64,000 bases of DNA, taken from positions 115,039 through 179,038 of the forward strand of contig CALKEU010000007.1 of the NCBI GenBank assembly GCA_938084565.1, in the 5' to 3' direction. Position numbers and translations under genes: made by a program. This DNA is from Candidatus Kapaibacterium sp. (lineage in GTDB: Bacteria; Bacteroidota; Ignavibacteria; Kapaibacteriales; HRBIN21). Position 1 is the first letter of the stretch; each line of letters opens with the position of its first letter. The notes under the pieces are model-generated. The model did not search any database. It saw only the letters and a list, made by a program, of their open reading frames with translations, and was not told where the DNA came from. Below are positions 49,760-59,816 of the stretch, one piece after another.

Positions 49760-52533
49760 GGCCGACGATAGCGGAACGGTACGACAGAGGGATCGGACTC
49801 CCGTCGTAAGCAGGCACGGAGAACTCTCCCGGCCCATGACGTAGACGGCTGAGCCGCAAGAGCCGCATACGCAGTCCGACGCAGAGCAGAGGGCTGCCGA
49901 GCAAGGAGCCGCTCCAGCCGCGCAAGCGACACAGTCGTATCCAGCGCATTCACAATCCAGCCGAGCATTCCACGGACGGAGGGCTGCAGAGGCAAGCGCC
50001 AGAGCTCTTCCACAAGGGCTATGGGCAAGTTCCCGCGCTGCTGTGCCCCTTGCAGAGCGGCTGCACGCACGATGGCACAGCTATCCCCCAGCATGCGGGC
50101 CCAGACCGCAAGAGGCTGCCGCGGCTGTAACCGCACAAGGGCATGAGCTGCCCGAGCCCGCACCAGCGGATGCGGATCTTCCAGACACTGCCGCAATTGC
50201 TCTTGAACGGCCGAATCCCCAATCTCTCCAAGACGAAGGGCAGCCATCGCACGGACGGTCCACCGCCGGTCCTGCAAGAGGATCTGTAAGGCTGGTACGG
50301 CTTCTCGCAGACGCAGTCTCCCTGCAACTGTAGCCATCAGAGCCAGTGTGCGCTCATTGTCCGAACGCAGCGAATCGAGCACAAGGCGTCGCAACGCAGC
50401 GCTATCGACGGCATCCAGCCGCGGAAGGATCTCCTCCAAGGCAAGTCGCTCACGAGCCGATTCTGTAGCGAGCTTGCGTGCCAGAAACGGTATAGCTGCA
50501 GCACCAAGAGCGGCTATGCGCTCGCGGGCTGGCTGGACAATGTATTGAAACTTCTGCGGAGCTGCCGATGCTTGAACGAACAAACTGTCCAAACTCTCCG
50601 CCAAGGGCATCCGCGCCGTATCGGGCACATCAATGCCAAGTCGCGGGGGTGGCGGCAGCGGCGGTACAAGGTCTCCATCGAACAACACCCCATAGGTAGA
50701 CTGCAGCCTCATCCACCGATTCCCGACCGTGTCAGCGTACCAGTCTGTGCCCTCAGCATCTAAGAAGAGCCCAAGACTACCGAAGTGGCGCCGATAGTCC
50801 CCAAAGCCCATCGTATTCGGACGGCGAGCCGCATAGGTATCGTTCCCATGCAAATCCACCAAAAGGGCTAGGCCATTAGCACTGGCTGCCCCCTGCGAGA
50901 GGCTTTCACAGAGATAGTGATCGTCTCCGGCAGCATCATAGAGGATGCCCACCGCAAAATCATGCCCGCACCCTTGCGAGACCCCGTGAGCGCTATAGAT
51001 ATCCTCCCCCTCCTCGTCCCACAGCAGCCCGAAGGCCAGATGTACGCCAGCTCCTTGGGCGTATTGATAGGCGACGTAGCGATCGTGACCAGCCCAATCG
51101 AGCACCGCACCGAGTCCATACCAGTAGCCGGTTCCCTGCCCGTAGATGTCGCACAGATAGGTATCATTGCCGGCACTATCGAGCAGCAGCCCTATACCGC
51201 CGGAGGCCAGAGGGCGATAGCCCAGTGCCGCCCCTTGGGCAAAGGTCACAAAGCGGTGCTCGTAACGGAGGACATCGACATAGGGACTCTGGGCAAGATA
51301 GACATCGTTGCCCGAATGATCTACAAGCGCTCCGTAACCACGAACAAAACCAAACCCCTGCCCCTGCGCCTGACACTGGTAGAGATCGTGGCCACCCCTA
51401 TCGATGAGCATTCCAAGCCCAAAGGCAGCCGCACCTTGAACGTGGATTCCGCCCACGTATCGGTCATATCCGGCCCCATCCCAGAGCACACCGAGTCCGG
51501 CAATTGCCGCACCCTGGGAGAAGTGCCGCGCCCGGTAGAGATCGTTGCCCTGCAGATCGATAAGGAAGCCGCACCCGAAGAATCCAGCCCCGAAAGCAAA
51601 GTCATCCCCCACGTAGAGGTCGTCTCCGCTGAGATCGATGATAACTCGGACAGGTCGAGCCAGCGCTTCTGCCTTCGTCAACGGTGGTAGCATATAGCGA
51701 TCATTGCCACCCACGTCCAAGATGAAGGTGAAGTCGCCAACGTACACATCATCGCCCGGGCCCCCAATGGCAATACGGCCAAAGGGGGTCTCGAACACAG
51801 TTGTGCGGATGCTATCCCGATACCGATCCAGGGGTGGGCTGTTCCGCTCTACCGTTGCCCAGAGAGCCCGCCAGAGAGAAACCATGGGCGCCAAGAGACG
51901 CCCCCACGGAACAGCAGCCGCAGCGGCAAAAAAGCGCTCTGCCCGCTTTCGAGCAGCTTCCTCGCGAGCCTTCAGTTCGAAGAGTGATGCCTCGGCATCC
52001 TCTTCGGAGAGCAGGAGCAACGTGTCAGCAACCTCCACCAAGAAGGGGAGCTCTCGTATACTACGGCGAATCGCCTCGATGTCCTTCCATGCCAGCACCA
52101 GCGGCCCTAGATACTGCCGGAGCGAGGTTGCAGCAATCAACCCAACGCGCTGCTCCAAGTTTACCCCCAACAGACTGTCGAGCTGGCGCGCTGAGAGCTG
52201 CTGTTCGTAGTAGCGCGGGCTATAGTCCTCCATGGCCAGAGACCGAAACCACCGTCGCGCCGCTTCATCGAGCACAGCTGGGCGCAGTTGCAGAAGGTGT
52301 CTAGCTTCGTGAGAAAGCATCGAGAACACCTGCAGAGGATGCTGAAAGAGCGCTGCTATCTCGGCAAGCCGATGACTATCGGCTGGGGTAATATCGCCGG
52401 GCAGCCACAGATCGTGCCGGGCCATGCCCAGGAGTGCCAGCGCAGAATCTATGACACGCAGAGCCTCCGGCCGTAGTTCCTGAGCCTGAACCACCGCGGC
52501 AAGGCCCAATGCAACAAGTATACCCCTATGCAT
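49756..52533 (-). CDS. Secreted ~925-aa protein: N-terminal helical domain, ~11 tandem 26-residue Gly/Asp-rich repeats (predicted beta-helix), C-terminal HEAT/PBS-lyase-type repeats
   Basis: Signal peptide 'MHRGILVALGLAAVVQAQE'. Central repeats fit 'LxDxxGxDxYxxxxxxQGxxxxxGxGx' (for example 'LIDLQGNDLYRARHFSQGAAIAGLGV', 'LWDGAGYDRYVGGIHVQGAAAFGLGM'). C-terminal 'LRLGEIGDSAVQEQLRQCLEDPHPLVRARAAHAL' HEAT units. Confidence 0.5.
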   Translation of the reverse strand: MHRGILVALGLAAVVQAQELRPEALRVIDSALALLGMARHDLWLPGDITPADSHRLAEIAALFQHPLQVFSMLSHEARHLLQLRPAVLDEAARRWFRSLAMEDYSPRYYEQQLSARQLDSLLGVNLEQRVGLIAATSLRQYLGPLVLAWKDIEAIRRSIRELPFLVEVADTLLLLSEEDAEASLFELKAREEAARKRAERFFAAAAAVPWGRLLAPMVSLWRALWATVERNSPPLDRYRDSIRTTVFETPFGRIAIGGPGDDVYVGDFTFILDVGGNDRYMLPPLTKAEALARPVRVIIDLSGDDLYVGDDFAFGAGFFGCGFLIDLQGNDLYRARHFSQGAAIAGLGVLWDGAGYDRYVGGIHVQGAAAFGLGMLIDRGGHDLYQCQAQGQGFGFVRGYGALVDHSGNDVYLAQSPYVDVLRYEHRFVTFAQGAALGYRPLASGGIGLLLDSAGNDTYLCDIYGQGTGYWYGLGAVLDWAGHDRYVAYQYAQGAGVHLAFGLLWDEEGEDIYSAHGVSQGCGHDFAVGILYDAAGDDHYLCESLSQGAASANGLALLVDLHGNDTYAARRPNTMGFGDYRRHFGSLGLFLDAEGTDWYADTVGNRWMRLQSTYGVLFDGDLVPPLPPPPRLGIDVPDTARMPLAESLDSLFVQASAAPQKFQYIVQPARERIAALGAAAIPFLARKLATESARERLALEEILPRLDAVDSAALRRLVLDSLRSDNERTLALMATVAGRLRLREAVPALQILLQDRRWTVRAMAALRLGEIGDSAVQEQLRQCLEDPHPLVRARAAHALVRLQPRQPLAVWARMLGDSCAIVRAAALQGAQQRGNLPIALVEELWRLPLQPSVRGMLGWIVNALDTTVSLARLERLLARQPSALRRTAYAALAAQPSTSWAGRVLRACLRRESDPSVVPFRYRRP

Positions 52534-53683
52534 CGCCTGTCCCTCCATTACCACGCTCCCGCTCAGCAAACACCGGTTGCTCCCGCAGCAGAATCACGTG
52601 TATATCGTCTCCACTGTGCAAGACTGCCTGCACGGAGAAGCGCCATGCTTGCTCCAACGACTCCACTGCCCATCCCTCGAAGGGATGGCGTCCGCGGCCA
52701 ATCACTAGCGGAGCAATGAATACATGGAGCTCATCGAGCAGCCGGTGGCGCAAGCAAGAGGAGAGGACCGCTGCACCCCCTTCGACCAACACGGAGGCAA
52801 TCTGGAATTGCTCCGACAGCCGCCGAAAGACCGTCGGCAGATGCAAATGCCCCTCCTCATCGATGGGAACCTCCAGGAGCTGAACCCCACTGTGCCGCAG
52901 CGTCTCTGCCTTCCGGGTCTGAAGCGCTGCTGGGGAGGTGCACAGAATCGTGCGCTCACGATACTCGTCGGCAAAGACAAAACTCATCATCGGCAGCTGC
53001 AGCTGCGTATCCAACACAACACGCCAGGGCTGGCGCCCCGGCACGGCTCGGACGGTCAGGTGTGGGTTGTCACGGAAGACCGTATTCTTGCCTACTAGGA
53101 CAGCATCCAGCTCTGTCCGCAGAGCATGGACCCGGCGCCGACTCTCCTCGCCCGTAATCCACCGTGACTCTCCATTGGGCAGGGCAATGCAGCCATCGAG
53201 CGACTGGGCAACTTTGCCCACAACGTACGGCATCCCGCTGACGATGTGCTTGGCAAAGTACCGATTCAGCCACCAACACTCCCGCTCCAACACCCCTATG
53301 CGGACTTCGACGCCAGCCTGCCGTAACTGCTCCACCCCTTTGCCAGCAACCAAGGGGTTGGGATCGAGCATGCCGATGACGACTCGTGCAACCCCGCTGG
53401 CCAGAATACGCGGAACACATGGCGGGGTCTTCCCTTCGTGCACACACGGCTCCAGAGTCACCACCAGAGTAGCCCCCCGAGCTTCCTGGCCGGCTTGCTC
53501 GAGCGCCATAATCTCAGCATGTGGTGCACCGTAAGCAGCGTGCCACCCTTCAGCCACAATGCGCCCTTCCTTGACAATAACACACCCGACCCGCGGATTC
53601 GGGCTGACCCGCCCCGTTCCCCGGAGTGCAAGCTCCAGGGCACGGCGCATCGCATGCTCGTCAGTCATGGCTTCGAGTGCCAT
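52526..53683 (-). CDS. ribD: Bifunctional riboflavin biosynthesis deaminase/reductase
   Basis: CMP/dCMP deaminase zinc motifs 'HAEIMAL' and 'PCVHEGKTPPC', plus the C-terminal RibG reductase domain. Confidence 0.85.
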   Translation of the reverse strand: MALEAMTDEHAMRRALELALRGTGRVSPNPRVGCVIVKEGRIVAEGWHAAYGAPHAEIMALEQAGQEARGATLVVTLEPCVHEGKTPPCVPRILASGVARVVIGMLDPNPLVAGKGVEQLRQAGVEVRIGVLERECWWLNRYFAKHIVSGMPYVVGKVAQSLDGCIALPNGESRWITGEESRRRVHALRTELDAVLVGKNTVFRDNPHLTVRAVPGRQPWRVVLDTQLQLPMMSFVFADEYRERTILCTSPAALQTRKAETLRHSGVQLLEVPIDEEGHLHLPTVFRRLSEQFQIASVLVEGGAAVLSSCLRHRLLDELHVFIAPLVIGRGRHPFEGWAVESLEQAWRFSVQAVLHSGDDIHVILLREQPVFAERERGNGGTGDA

Positions 53684-54453
53684 TGCAATGGAACTACCAC
53701 GCTGTACGAGCGCGGCCGGACCGGCAAGCTCAGATGTACCTCATACACTCCCGGAGATGGCCGCTGACCTGTTCCCAGACGACCATGCCAGCGGTATTCA
53801 TAGACATGCTCAGCACCGACCTCCGTCGGCTCAACGGCCCCAATGACCTGCAGGAATGCAACTCCATCCTGCGACCCCCACAACCGCTTGCCTCCCGCAA
53901 AGAGCTCGACCCGGAGGCGCTCCGAGCTCGGGAAGTACTCCCCCTCAACAGGCCGAAGCCGACGTGCACGCACTCGGAAGAGCACCCCTTGGCTATCTAC
54001 CTCCAGCTCGGGGGCCAGCTCGAGCGCACCATCGATGTGCCATCGCTGTACCCACCTCTTCTGCCGGACAACTCTGCTGGAGCTCTCTAGCTCGTAATCC
54101 AGCAGGACCCGTGCCGGGATCGTAGCCGGTGCCCGCTGCAGCAAGGCCTCCCCCTGGAGCACAAGCGAAGCTTCCCCGGATTCATGAGCCATACCGCCCA
54201 CATTGGGCACAAGAGTGGCTTCCCCGAGCAGTTCCCCTTCAGGCGAGCGAAGTGCTACATGGATGCGCTGCACCGAGCGCAGAGCCTGGCGCTCCGCCTC
54301 CCGATGCGCCCCTGCCCACAGGCTCAACCGCACCCCCGTATCGGTTGTCTGCAGCTTCCACTCCAACACGGGCATCCCTACCTCCTTCCGTTCAGCTCGG
54401 CAGCACAGCAGGAGCACGCCGAGCACCATCACACCGTACGCCTTCCCGCTCAT
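53665..54453 (-). CDS. Hypothetical secreted protein
   Basis: Signal peptide 'MVLGVLLLCC'. No recognisable motif. Tightly coupled between the Gfo/Idh oxidoreductase gene and ribD. Confidence 0.35.
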   Translation of the reverse strand: MSGKAYGVMVLGVLLLCCRAERKEVGMPVLEWKLQTTDTGVRLSLWAGAHREAERQALRSVQRIHVALRSPEGELLGEATLVPNVGGMAHESGEASLVLQGEALLQRAPATIPARVLLDYELESSSRVVRQKRWVQRWHIDGALELAPELEVDSQGVLFRVRARRLRPVEGEYFPSSERLRVELFAGGKRLWGSQDGVAFLQVIGAVEPTEVGAEHVYEYRWHGRLGTGQRPSPGVYEVHLSLPVRPRSYSVVVPLQWHSKP

Positions 54454-55433
54454 ACGGACAGAAGCCGTAGCTGTTGCTCAATCTGCTCCGCTAAGCGCAG
54501 TACCTCAAGGGTCTGCTCACTCGGTATGGCCGGGGGAGCTTCCCCGAGAATAGAGCGCACGAAGGCACGCTGTTCCTCCCAGAGTGGATCTCCTGCCGGC
54601 ACGAGACAGCGACGCCGTACGATCATCCGCCGCAGGCCATCTTCGGCCACCCACTCGGCAAGGTACTCCTCACCTTCAGCAAGCGTATGGGAACCCCAGC
54701 GCATCACTACCTGTTCGACCGACTGCTCGGCAAAATCCACCGCCACATAGCTTGAGGCCTGGAAGAGACGCATCTTGCGCAGGAATTTCGCCGAAATCCT
54801 CGACGCCGTCACATTCGCAATGCACCCATCAGCAAACCGGAGCCGAGCGTTCGCAATGTCCGGCATCGAGGTCAGCACTGCTACTCCATGGACCTCAAAG
54901 TGCTCGACAGGGCGCTGCAAGAGCGCTAACAGCAAATCCAGGTCGTGGATCATCACATCTAGCACGACCGATACATCCGTCGAGCGCGGACGGAAAGGAT
55001 GCAAGCGGTGGATCTCCACAAACCGTGGAGCTACTGCCTGCTGCTGCAGCCAACTGAACGCCGCATTGAAGCGCTCAACATGCCCTGCCATCAGCACGCG
55101 CCCCTGCTGGCGAGCCTTCCGCACAAGCTCCTCAGCTTCTGCAGCCGAGACCGCCAATGGCTTCTCCACCAGACAATGGCAGCCTGCGTCGAGCGCTTGA
55201 CTGGCCAGAGCAGCATGGGTACGGCTTGGTGTTGCAATCGTGACGGCATCCGCAGCAGCCAAAAGTTCCTCAAGCTCCCTGAAGGCCCGCACCCCATATT
55301 CAGCTGCACGGCGCTGCAGCCGCTCTCGATCGATATCGTAAATCCCCACCACGCGCACACCCTCGTGACGGCACCACTTCTGCAGGTGCAGTGTGCCCAT
55401 GTGGCCAACACCGATGACAGCAACCCGAATCAC
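54450..55433 (-). CDS. Gfo/Idh/MocA-family NAD(P)-dependent oxidoreductase
   Basis: 'MIRVAVIGVGHMG' Rossmann motif and a C-terminal alpha/beta dimerisation domain. Confidence 0.75.
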   Translation of the reverse strand: MIRVAVIGVGHMGTLHLQKWCRHEGVRVVGIYDIDRERLQRRAAEYGVRAFRELEELLAAADAVTIATPSRTHAALASQALDAGCHCLVEKPLAVSAAEAEELVRKARQQGRVLMAGHVERFNAAFSWLQQQAVAPRFVEIHRLHPFRPRSTDVSVVLDVMIHDLDLLLALLQRPVEHFEVHGVAVLTSMPDIANARLRFADGCIANVTASRISAKFLRKMRLFQASSYVAVDFAEQSVEQVVMRWGSHTLAEGEEYLAEWVAEDGLRRMIVRRRCLVPAGDPLWEEQRAFVRSILGEAPPAIPSEQTLEVLRLAEQIEQQLRLLSV

Positions 55434-56326
55434 GGCTCCTCAGCCCGAGGATGTGCTTGCCGATAAGCCCGGCGCACGTGCTCGAGAGAAACGTGCGTAT
55501 ACTTTTGCGTACTGGCCAGCGAGACATGTCCCAGCATCTGGCTTACCGCTACCATGTCGGCTCCCCGTTCCCAGAGGTGCGTCGCAAAGCTATGGCGCAG
55601 CACATGAGGCCCCTTCTGATGCCCTATGGGGAGCTGTTCCAGAACCTGACGTACCCAGCGGTACACGACACTCTGGCTCAATCGCCCACCCCGTAGCCCT
55701 ACGAAGAGCTCCTCATGGCGCGGAGCCAACTGCGGCCGTACCTCTATGTACTGCCGGAGTGCCTCCACAGCCTTTCCCGCTATGGGGACAAGGCGTTCTT
55801 TGCCCCCCTTGCCCAAAACCCGCAAAAGCCCGCGCTCCCATAGCACGTCGCTGAGCCGCAGAGCGATGAGCTCACTGACCCGAAGCCCACAGCCGTAGAG
55901 CACCTCCAGCACGGCAGCACGAAGACGGTCGCTTGGGGTTTCTCGTGGTAGCCTGTCTAATGCCTCGCAGAGCTGCTCCTGCGGAACGATGCTCATAAGA
56001 GGCTTGTCTGCCCGCGGGGTTGGAAGATATCGAGCCAGATCCCTCGAGACCCACCCCTGCTGGGCAGCGAAGCGCAAAAATGCTCTGACGGCCGCTACCT
56101 TCAACTGTATCGAGCGGCGCTGAAGTCCACCGTCATGTAACCACCCGGGAAACTGTCGCACCAGCCGGACCGTCAGCTGCTCAAGACCCCCTTCTGCCTG
56201 GACGCTGTCGCGCAGATACTGCTGAAACTGCCGAAGCGCAATCGTATACGCTCGCACACTTTGGCGACTATATCCGCGCTGCTGCAAGGCAGCCAGAAAG
56301 CGCTTCACCTGCTCTTCCAGCTCCAT
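55430..56326 (-). CDS. xerD: Tyrosine site-specific recombinase XerC/XerD
   Basis: Catalytic R...'HVLRHSFATHL'...'LGHVSLASTQKYTHV' (RHRY active site). 298 aa. Confidence 0.8.
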   Translation of the reverse strand: MELEEQVKRFLAALQQRGYSRQSVRAYTIALRQFQQYLRDSVQAEGGLEQLTVRLVRQFPGWLHDGGLQRRSIQLKVAAVRAFLRFAAQQGWVSRDLARYLPTPRADKPLMSIVPQEQLCEALDRLPRETPSDRLRAAVLEVLYGCGLRVSELIALRLSDVLWERGLLRVLGKGGKERLVPIAGKAVEALRQYIEVRPQLAPRHEELFVGLRGGRLSQSVVYRWVRQVLEQLPIGHQKGPHVLRHSFATHLWERGADMVAVSQMLGHVSLASTQKYTHVSLEHVRRAYRQAHPRAEEP

Positions 56327-56390
56327 TCAGCCCTTCCTCCGGAACACCTCTGGGAGAGGCAAAAATACGCTCTCCTCCACGGTGCTTTTG

Positions 56391-57887
56391 CTACGGCAGC
56401 GTCTCTGCTCCATAGTGCAGCCGGTAAACAGCCGTACAGCCATAAAACCCACGTGGCAGCCGTTCAGCCGCCCACTGACCAAGACGCTCAAAGCGAATCC
56501 CCCCGACAACTACCACAGGCTCGGTACGCTGGAGCACCTCGGCCAGCAGACTTTGCCGCAGAAAAGGACGCCTCCAAACCGCCTCGTTGGCTACCCAATA
56601 CCGAGGACGCCAGCGCCAGAGGAAGCTCGTCACATCAGCCGTTTTCAGATACGGGGCAATCTTGCCATCGGTTACCCCATCCAAACTCAACACCCGCAGG
56701 TCTGGCCGAAGCCAGAACCGAATCTGTACCTCGTAGGCTAACACCCACGCTCCTGGCTCTGCAAGTGCATTGAGGAATTCCGCACACGGGCGTTCGGTCA
56801 CTACGGCGAAGTCATATCCCCGACGCCGGTCATCCCAAGCCTTTAACAGCACGTTCGCCACAAGGAGCACTATCACAATCGTGGGAACAATCTGCATCGA
56901 CCTCCTGTGCATACCCCATCGTTGCATCTCCCGTAGCGCTAAAGACGCAAGGAGAGGAGCAATCGGGGCCATGTAACGGGCTGAGTTGAGCGGTGCCACA
57001 ACGACGAAGAACAGGAGGTAGAGCAGCACAGCAAGTCCAGAAAACCACTGCTCTGCATCCCACCGACGCCAGGAGCGCAGGAGAGCTCCACTGGCCGCCG
57101 CAGCGATGAGAACGAATCCGCTGCGGATAAACTCCAGCAGAAAGGAGCCAGACAGATGAACGAATGCCCCAATCCGGAATTCCGCCATCTCCCGCAGCGC
57201 AAAGGAACGACAGTAGCTCGAGGCTGAGAAATTCCCTGTCAGCACCTGCATAGCACCGTAGTAGGCTATCGGTACAGCAGCTCCAGCAAGCAAGCAGAAA
57301 AACGCTCTCCATCGCCGCTGGAGTAGCAAAACGGCTCCGGCGGCCACCACCAGCAGCCCCATTTCCGGCCGTATGAGAGGTGTCACCGCACTCAGGAGCG
57401 CAAGAAGCCATTTCCGACCTCCCTCTGGATGGCTCCCTGGTGGGAAGACGTATGTCCACGCCATACCTCCTAAGGCAGCAAGCGGCGTTTCGTATCCCAG
57501 GAATCCAGCTGGAGCAACACAGTAGGCCACTGCCAGGGCTGGGAGTAAGGCTTCCTCTGGCCGAGCCCCTCGATGCTGTGCCCAGATGAAGGCAGCCACC
57601 ACCGCCACGATAGTAGCAATCCCACCGGCAATTTTCAGTCCGTGCACCCCCACGATCGCCCACCACGGCGCTACCCACACCACCCAGAGCGGGCTGGTTG
57701 CCCCCGAGGAAAGCTCCCCAGGGTTGAAGTTCATCCACCTTCCCTCCTCCACCAACGCCCGCACATACGGGAGGTAAATTGCCGCATCCCCGTGCCAGAC
57801 CGGTAGATAGAGGTAGCTCAACCCCACCAACCATAGCACTATAGGCACTGTCGCTGTCCACCCAGCCGGCATGACTCCCTCCGACAC
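56391..57887 (-). CDS. Polytopic integral membrane protein (possible PMT/ArnT-fold glycosyltransferase or DUF-type)
   Basis: ~12 hydrophobic segments rich in W/Y/L. No soluble domain. Family assignment uncertain. Confidence 0.4.
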   Translation of the reverse strand: MSEGVMPAGWTATVPIVLWLVGLSYLYLPVWHGDAAIYLPYVRALVEEGRWMNFNPGELSSGATSPLWVVWVAPWWAIVGVHGLKIAGGIATIVAVVAAFIWAQHRGARPEEALLPALAVAYCVAPAGFLGYETPLAALGGMAWTYVFPPGSHPEGGRKWLLALLSAVTPLIRPEMGLLVVAAGAVLLLQRRWRAFFCLLAGAAVPIAYYGAMQVLTGNFSASSYCRSFALREMAEFRIGAFVHLSGSFLLEFIRSGFVLIAAAASGALLRSWRRWDAEQWFSGLAVLLYLLFFVVVAPLNSARYMAPIAPLLASLALREMQRWGMHRRSMQIVPTIVIVLLVANVLLKAWDDRRRGYDFAVVTERPCAEFLNALAEPGAWVLAYEVQIRFWLRPDLRVLSLDGVTDGKIAPYLKTADVTSFLWRWRPRYWVANEAVWRRPFLRQSLLAEVLQRTEPVVVVGGIRFERLGQWAAERLPRGFYGCTAVYRLHYGAETLP

Positions 57888-57983
57888 AGGAATGTCAAAT
57901 TACACCCTGCTCCATCTCCCCCGGCCCTGCTTCCTCGATGGAGCTCCTATTTTTGTCTGTGTTCCCCGGCGGAAGCGCAGACC

Positions 57984-59816
57984 ATGTGTGGTATCATTGG
58001 CTATATCGGCCACCGGCGGGCTCTCCCCCTTCTCCTGAACGGGCTCAAGCGGCTGGAATATCGCGGCTACGACTCAGCCGGCATCGCAGTACCGCATGGC
58101 CATGGCCTCTACATTGCTAAGCGTGCCGGCACAGTTGCCCAACTAGCGGCTATGGTTGATTCGCTCGATCTACCCGCTACGATGGGCATCGGCCATACGC
58201 GCTGGGCAACCCATGGAGAACCCAGCGACCGCAATGCCCATCCGCACACCGACGCTTCCAGACGGATTGCCATCGTCCACAACGGCATCATCGAAAACTA
58301 CGCTACTCTCAAGGCTAAACTCCAGCAAGACGGCTACACCTTCCATTCGGATACCGATACCGAAGTCCTGGCCGTCTTCATTGGGGCTCTCTATGAGCAG
58401 TACGGGGATCTGGAGCTGGCCGTCCGCGCAGCTCTCTCGGAAGTTCGTGGCACATTTGGTCTGGTGGTGCTCTCGGCCGATCACCCTGACATCCTGATCG
58501 CAGCCCGGCGTGGCAGTCCTATTGTGATCGGGATTGGGGATGGCGAATACATCGTTGCCTCCGACGCCACCGCCATTGTCGAATACACTCGCTCGGTCTT
58601 CTACCTCACCGATGATGAAATGGCGCTCCTGACCCGTTCAGGCTGCCAGACAAAGACCATCGATGACATTCCCACCTCAGCTCAACTGCTCGAGCTTGAG
58701 TTCGACCTGGAGCGCATCGAGAAGGGGGGCTTTCCTCACTTCATGCTCAAGGAGATCCACGAGCAACCGCAGACATTCTGGGACGCCTGTCGCGGCCGGC
58801 TGCTGGCTCTGGAAGGGAACATCAAACTCGGTGGCCTCCGCAGCGTCGAGGATACATTGCGCCGAGCCCGACGCCTCATCCTGACCGGCTGTGGGACCTC
58901 CTGGCACGCAGCACTTGTGGGAGAATACTGGATCGAGGAGCTTGCGCGCATACCCGTGGAGGTCGAGTACGCCTCTGAATTCCGCTACCGCAACCCCGTC
59001 CTCTCCTCTGACGATATCGTCATCGCCATCTCCCAGAGCGGAGAAACAGCCGATACCTTGGCTGCTGTTCGCGAGGCCAAACTGCGTGGCGCAACAGTCC
59101 TTGGAATCGTCAATGTTGTCGGAAGCTCGATTGCTCGCGAAACCCACGCCGGCGTCTACATCCACGCCGGCCCAGAGATCGGGGTTGCATCCACGAAAGC
59201 TTTCACCTCCCAACTTGTCGTCCTGATGCTACTGGCTCTCTATCTGGGTCGAATGCGCCACCTTTCGGCCACCCAAGCTCGCGAGATTGCCGAAGAAATG
59301 CTCCGGCTCCCGGATAAGATGCGGAGCATCCTGGAACGGAGCCAATCCATCCACTCGATCGCCTGCCAGTATGCCCACGCCCAGCACTTCCTCTATCTCG
59401 GCCGCGGGGTCAACTTCCCCATTGCCCTGGAAGGAGCGCTCAAGATGAAGGAAATTTCGTACATCCACGCCGAGGGTTACCCAGCTGCCGAGATGAAGCA
59501 CGGCCCCATTGCACTCATCGATGAGAACATGCCCGTGGTAATCATCGCTCCTCGAGATGAACTCTACGAAAAGGTGCTCTCCAACATGGAGGAAATCCGT
59601 GCTCGGCGCGGGCAAATTATTGCCATTGCCAACGACAACGATCCCGACATTGCACGCCACGCAACCCACGTTATCCCAATCCCGGAAACTCTCCCATTGC
59701 TGACGCCCTTTTTGACCGTCCTTCCCCTCCAGCTTCTAGCTTACTACGCCGCCGTCGAACGAGGATGCAACGTGGATATGCCGCGGCACCTAGCCAAGAG
59801 CGTTACGGTGGAGTAA
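57984..59816 (+). CDS. glmS: Glutamine--fructose-6-phosphate aminotransferase
   Basis: N-terminal 'MCGIIGYIG' Ntn-amidotransferase Cys; two SIS domains; C-terminal 'KSVTVE'. Confidence 0.9.
   Translation: MCGIIGYIGHRRALPLLLNGLKRLEYRGYDSAGIAVPHGHGLYIAKRAGTVAQLAAMVDSLDLPATMGIGHTRWATHGEPSDRNAHPHTDASRRIAIVHNGIIENYATLKAKLQQDGYTFHSDTDTEVLAVFIGALYEQYGDLELAVRAALSEVRGTFGLVVLSADHPDILIAARRGSPIVIGIGDGEYIVASDATAIVEYTRSVFYLTDDEMALLTRSGCQTKTIDDIPTSAQLLELEFDLERIEKGGFPHFMLKEIHEQPQTFWDACRGRLLALEGNIKLGGLRSVEDTLRRARRLILTGCGTSWHAALVGEYWIEELARIPVEVEYASEFRYRNPVLSSDDIVIAISQSGETADTLAAVREAKLRGATVLGIVNVVGSSIARETHAGVYIHAGPEIGVASTKAFTSQLVVLMLLALYLGRMRHLSATQAREIAEEMLRLPDKMRSILERSQSIHSIACQYAHAQHFLYLGRGVNFPIALEGALKMKEISYIHAEGYPAAEMKHGPIALIDENMPVVIIAPRDELYEKVLSNMEEIRARRGQIIAIANDNDPDIARHATHVIPIPETLPLLTPFLTVLPLQLLAYYAAVERGCNVDMPRHLAKSVTVE

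Noticed and set aside
55430-56326. XerC/XerD recombinase as a marker of an integrated mobile element or island (tRNA genes lie 4 kb away)
   Set aside because: It has the canonical housekeeping XerD length and motifs. It is embedded in a co-directional operon with ribD, dnaE and glmS-type neighbours. There are no direct repeats, no transposase or phage genes, and no obvious compositional shift between it and the tRNAs.
57888-57983. Possible glmS ribozyme/riboswitch in the glmS leader
   Set aside because: The leader is only ~96 nt, while the glmS ribozyme needs ~150-170 nt. No conserved core elements were seen. The element is essentially restricted to Firmicutes/Deinococcus-Thermus-type lineages.
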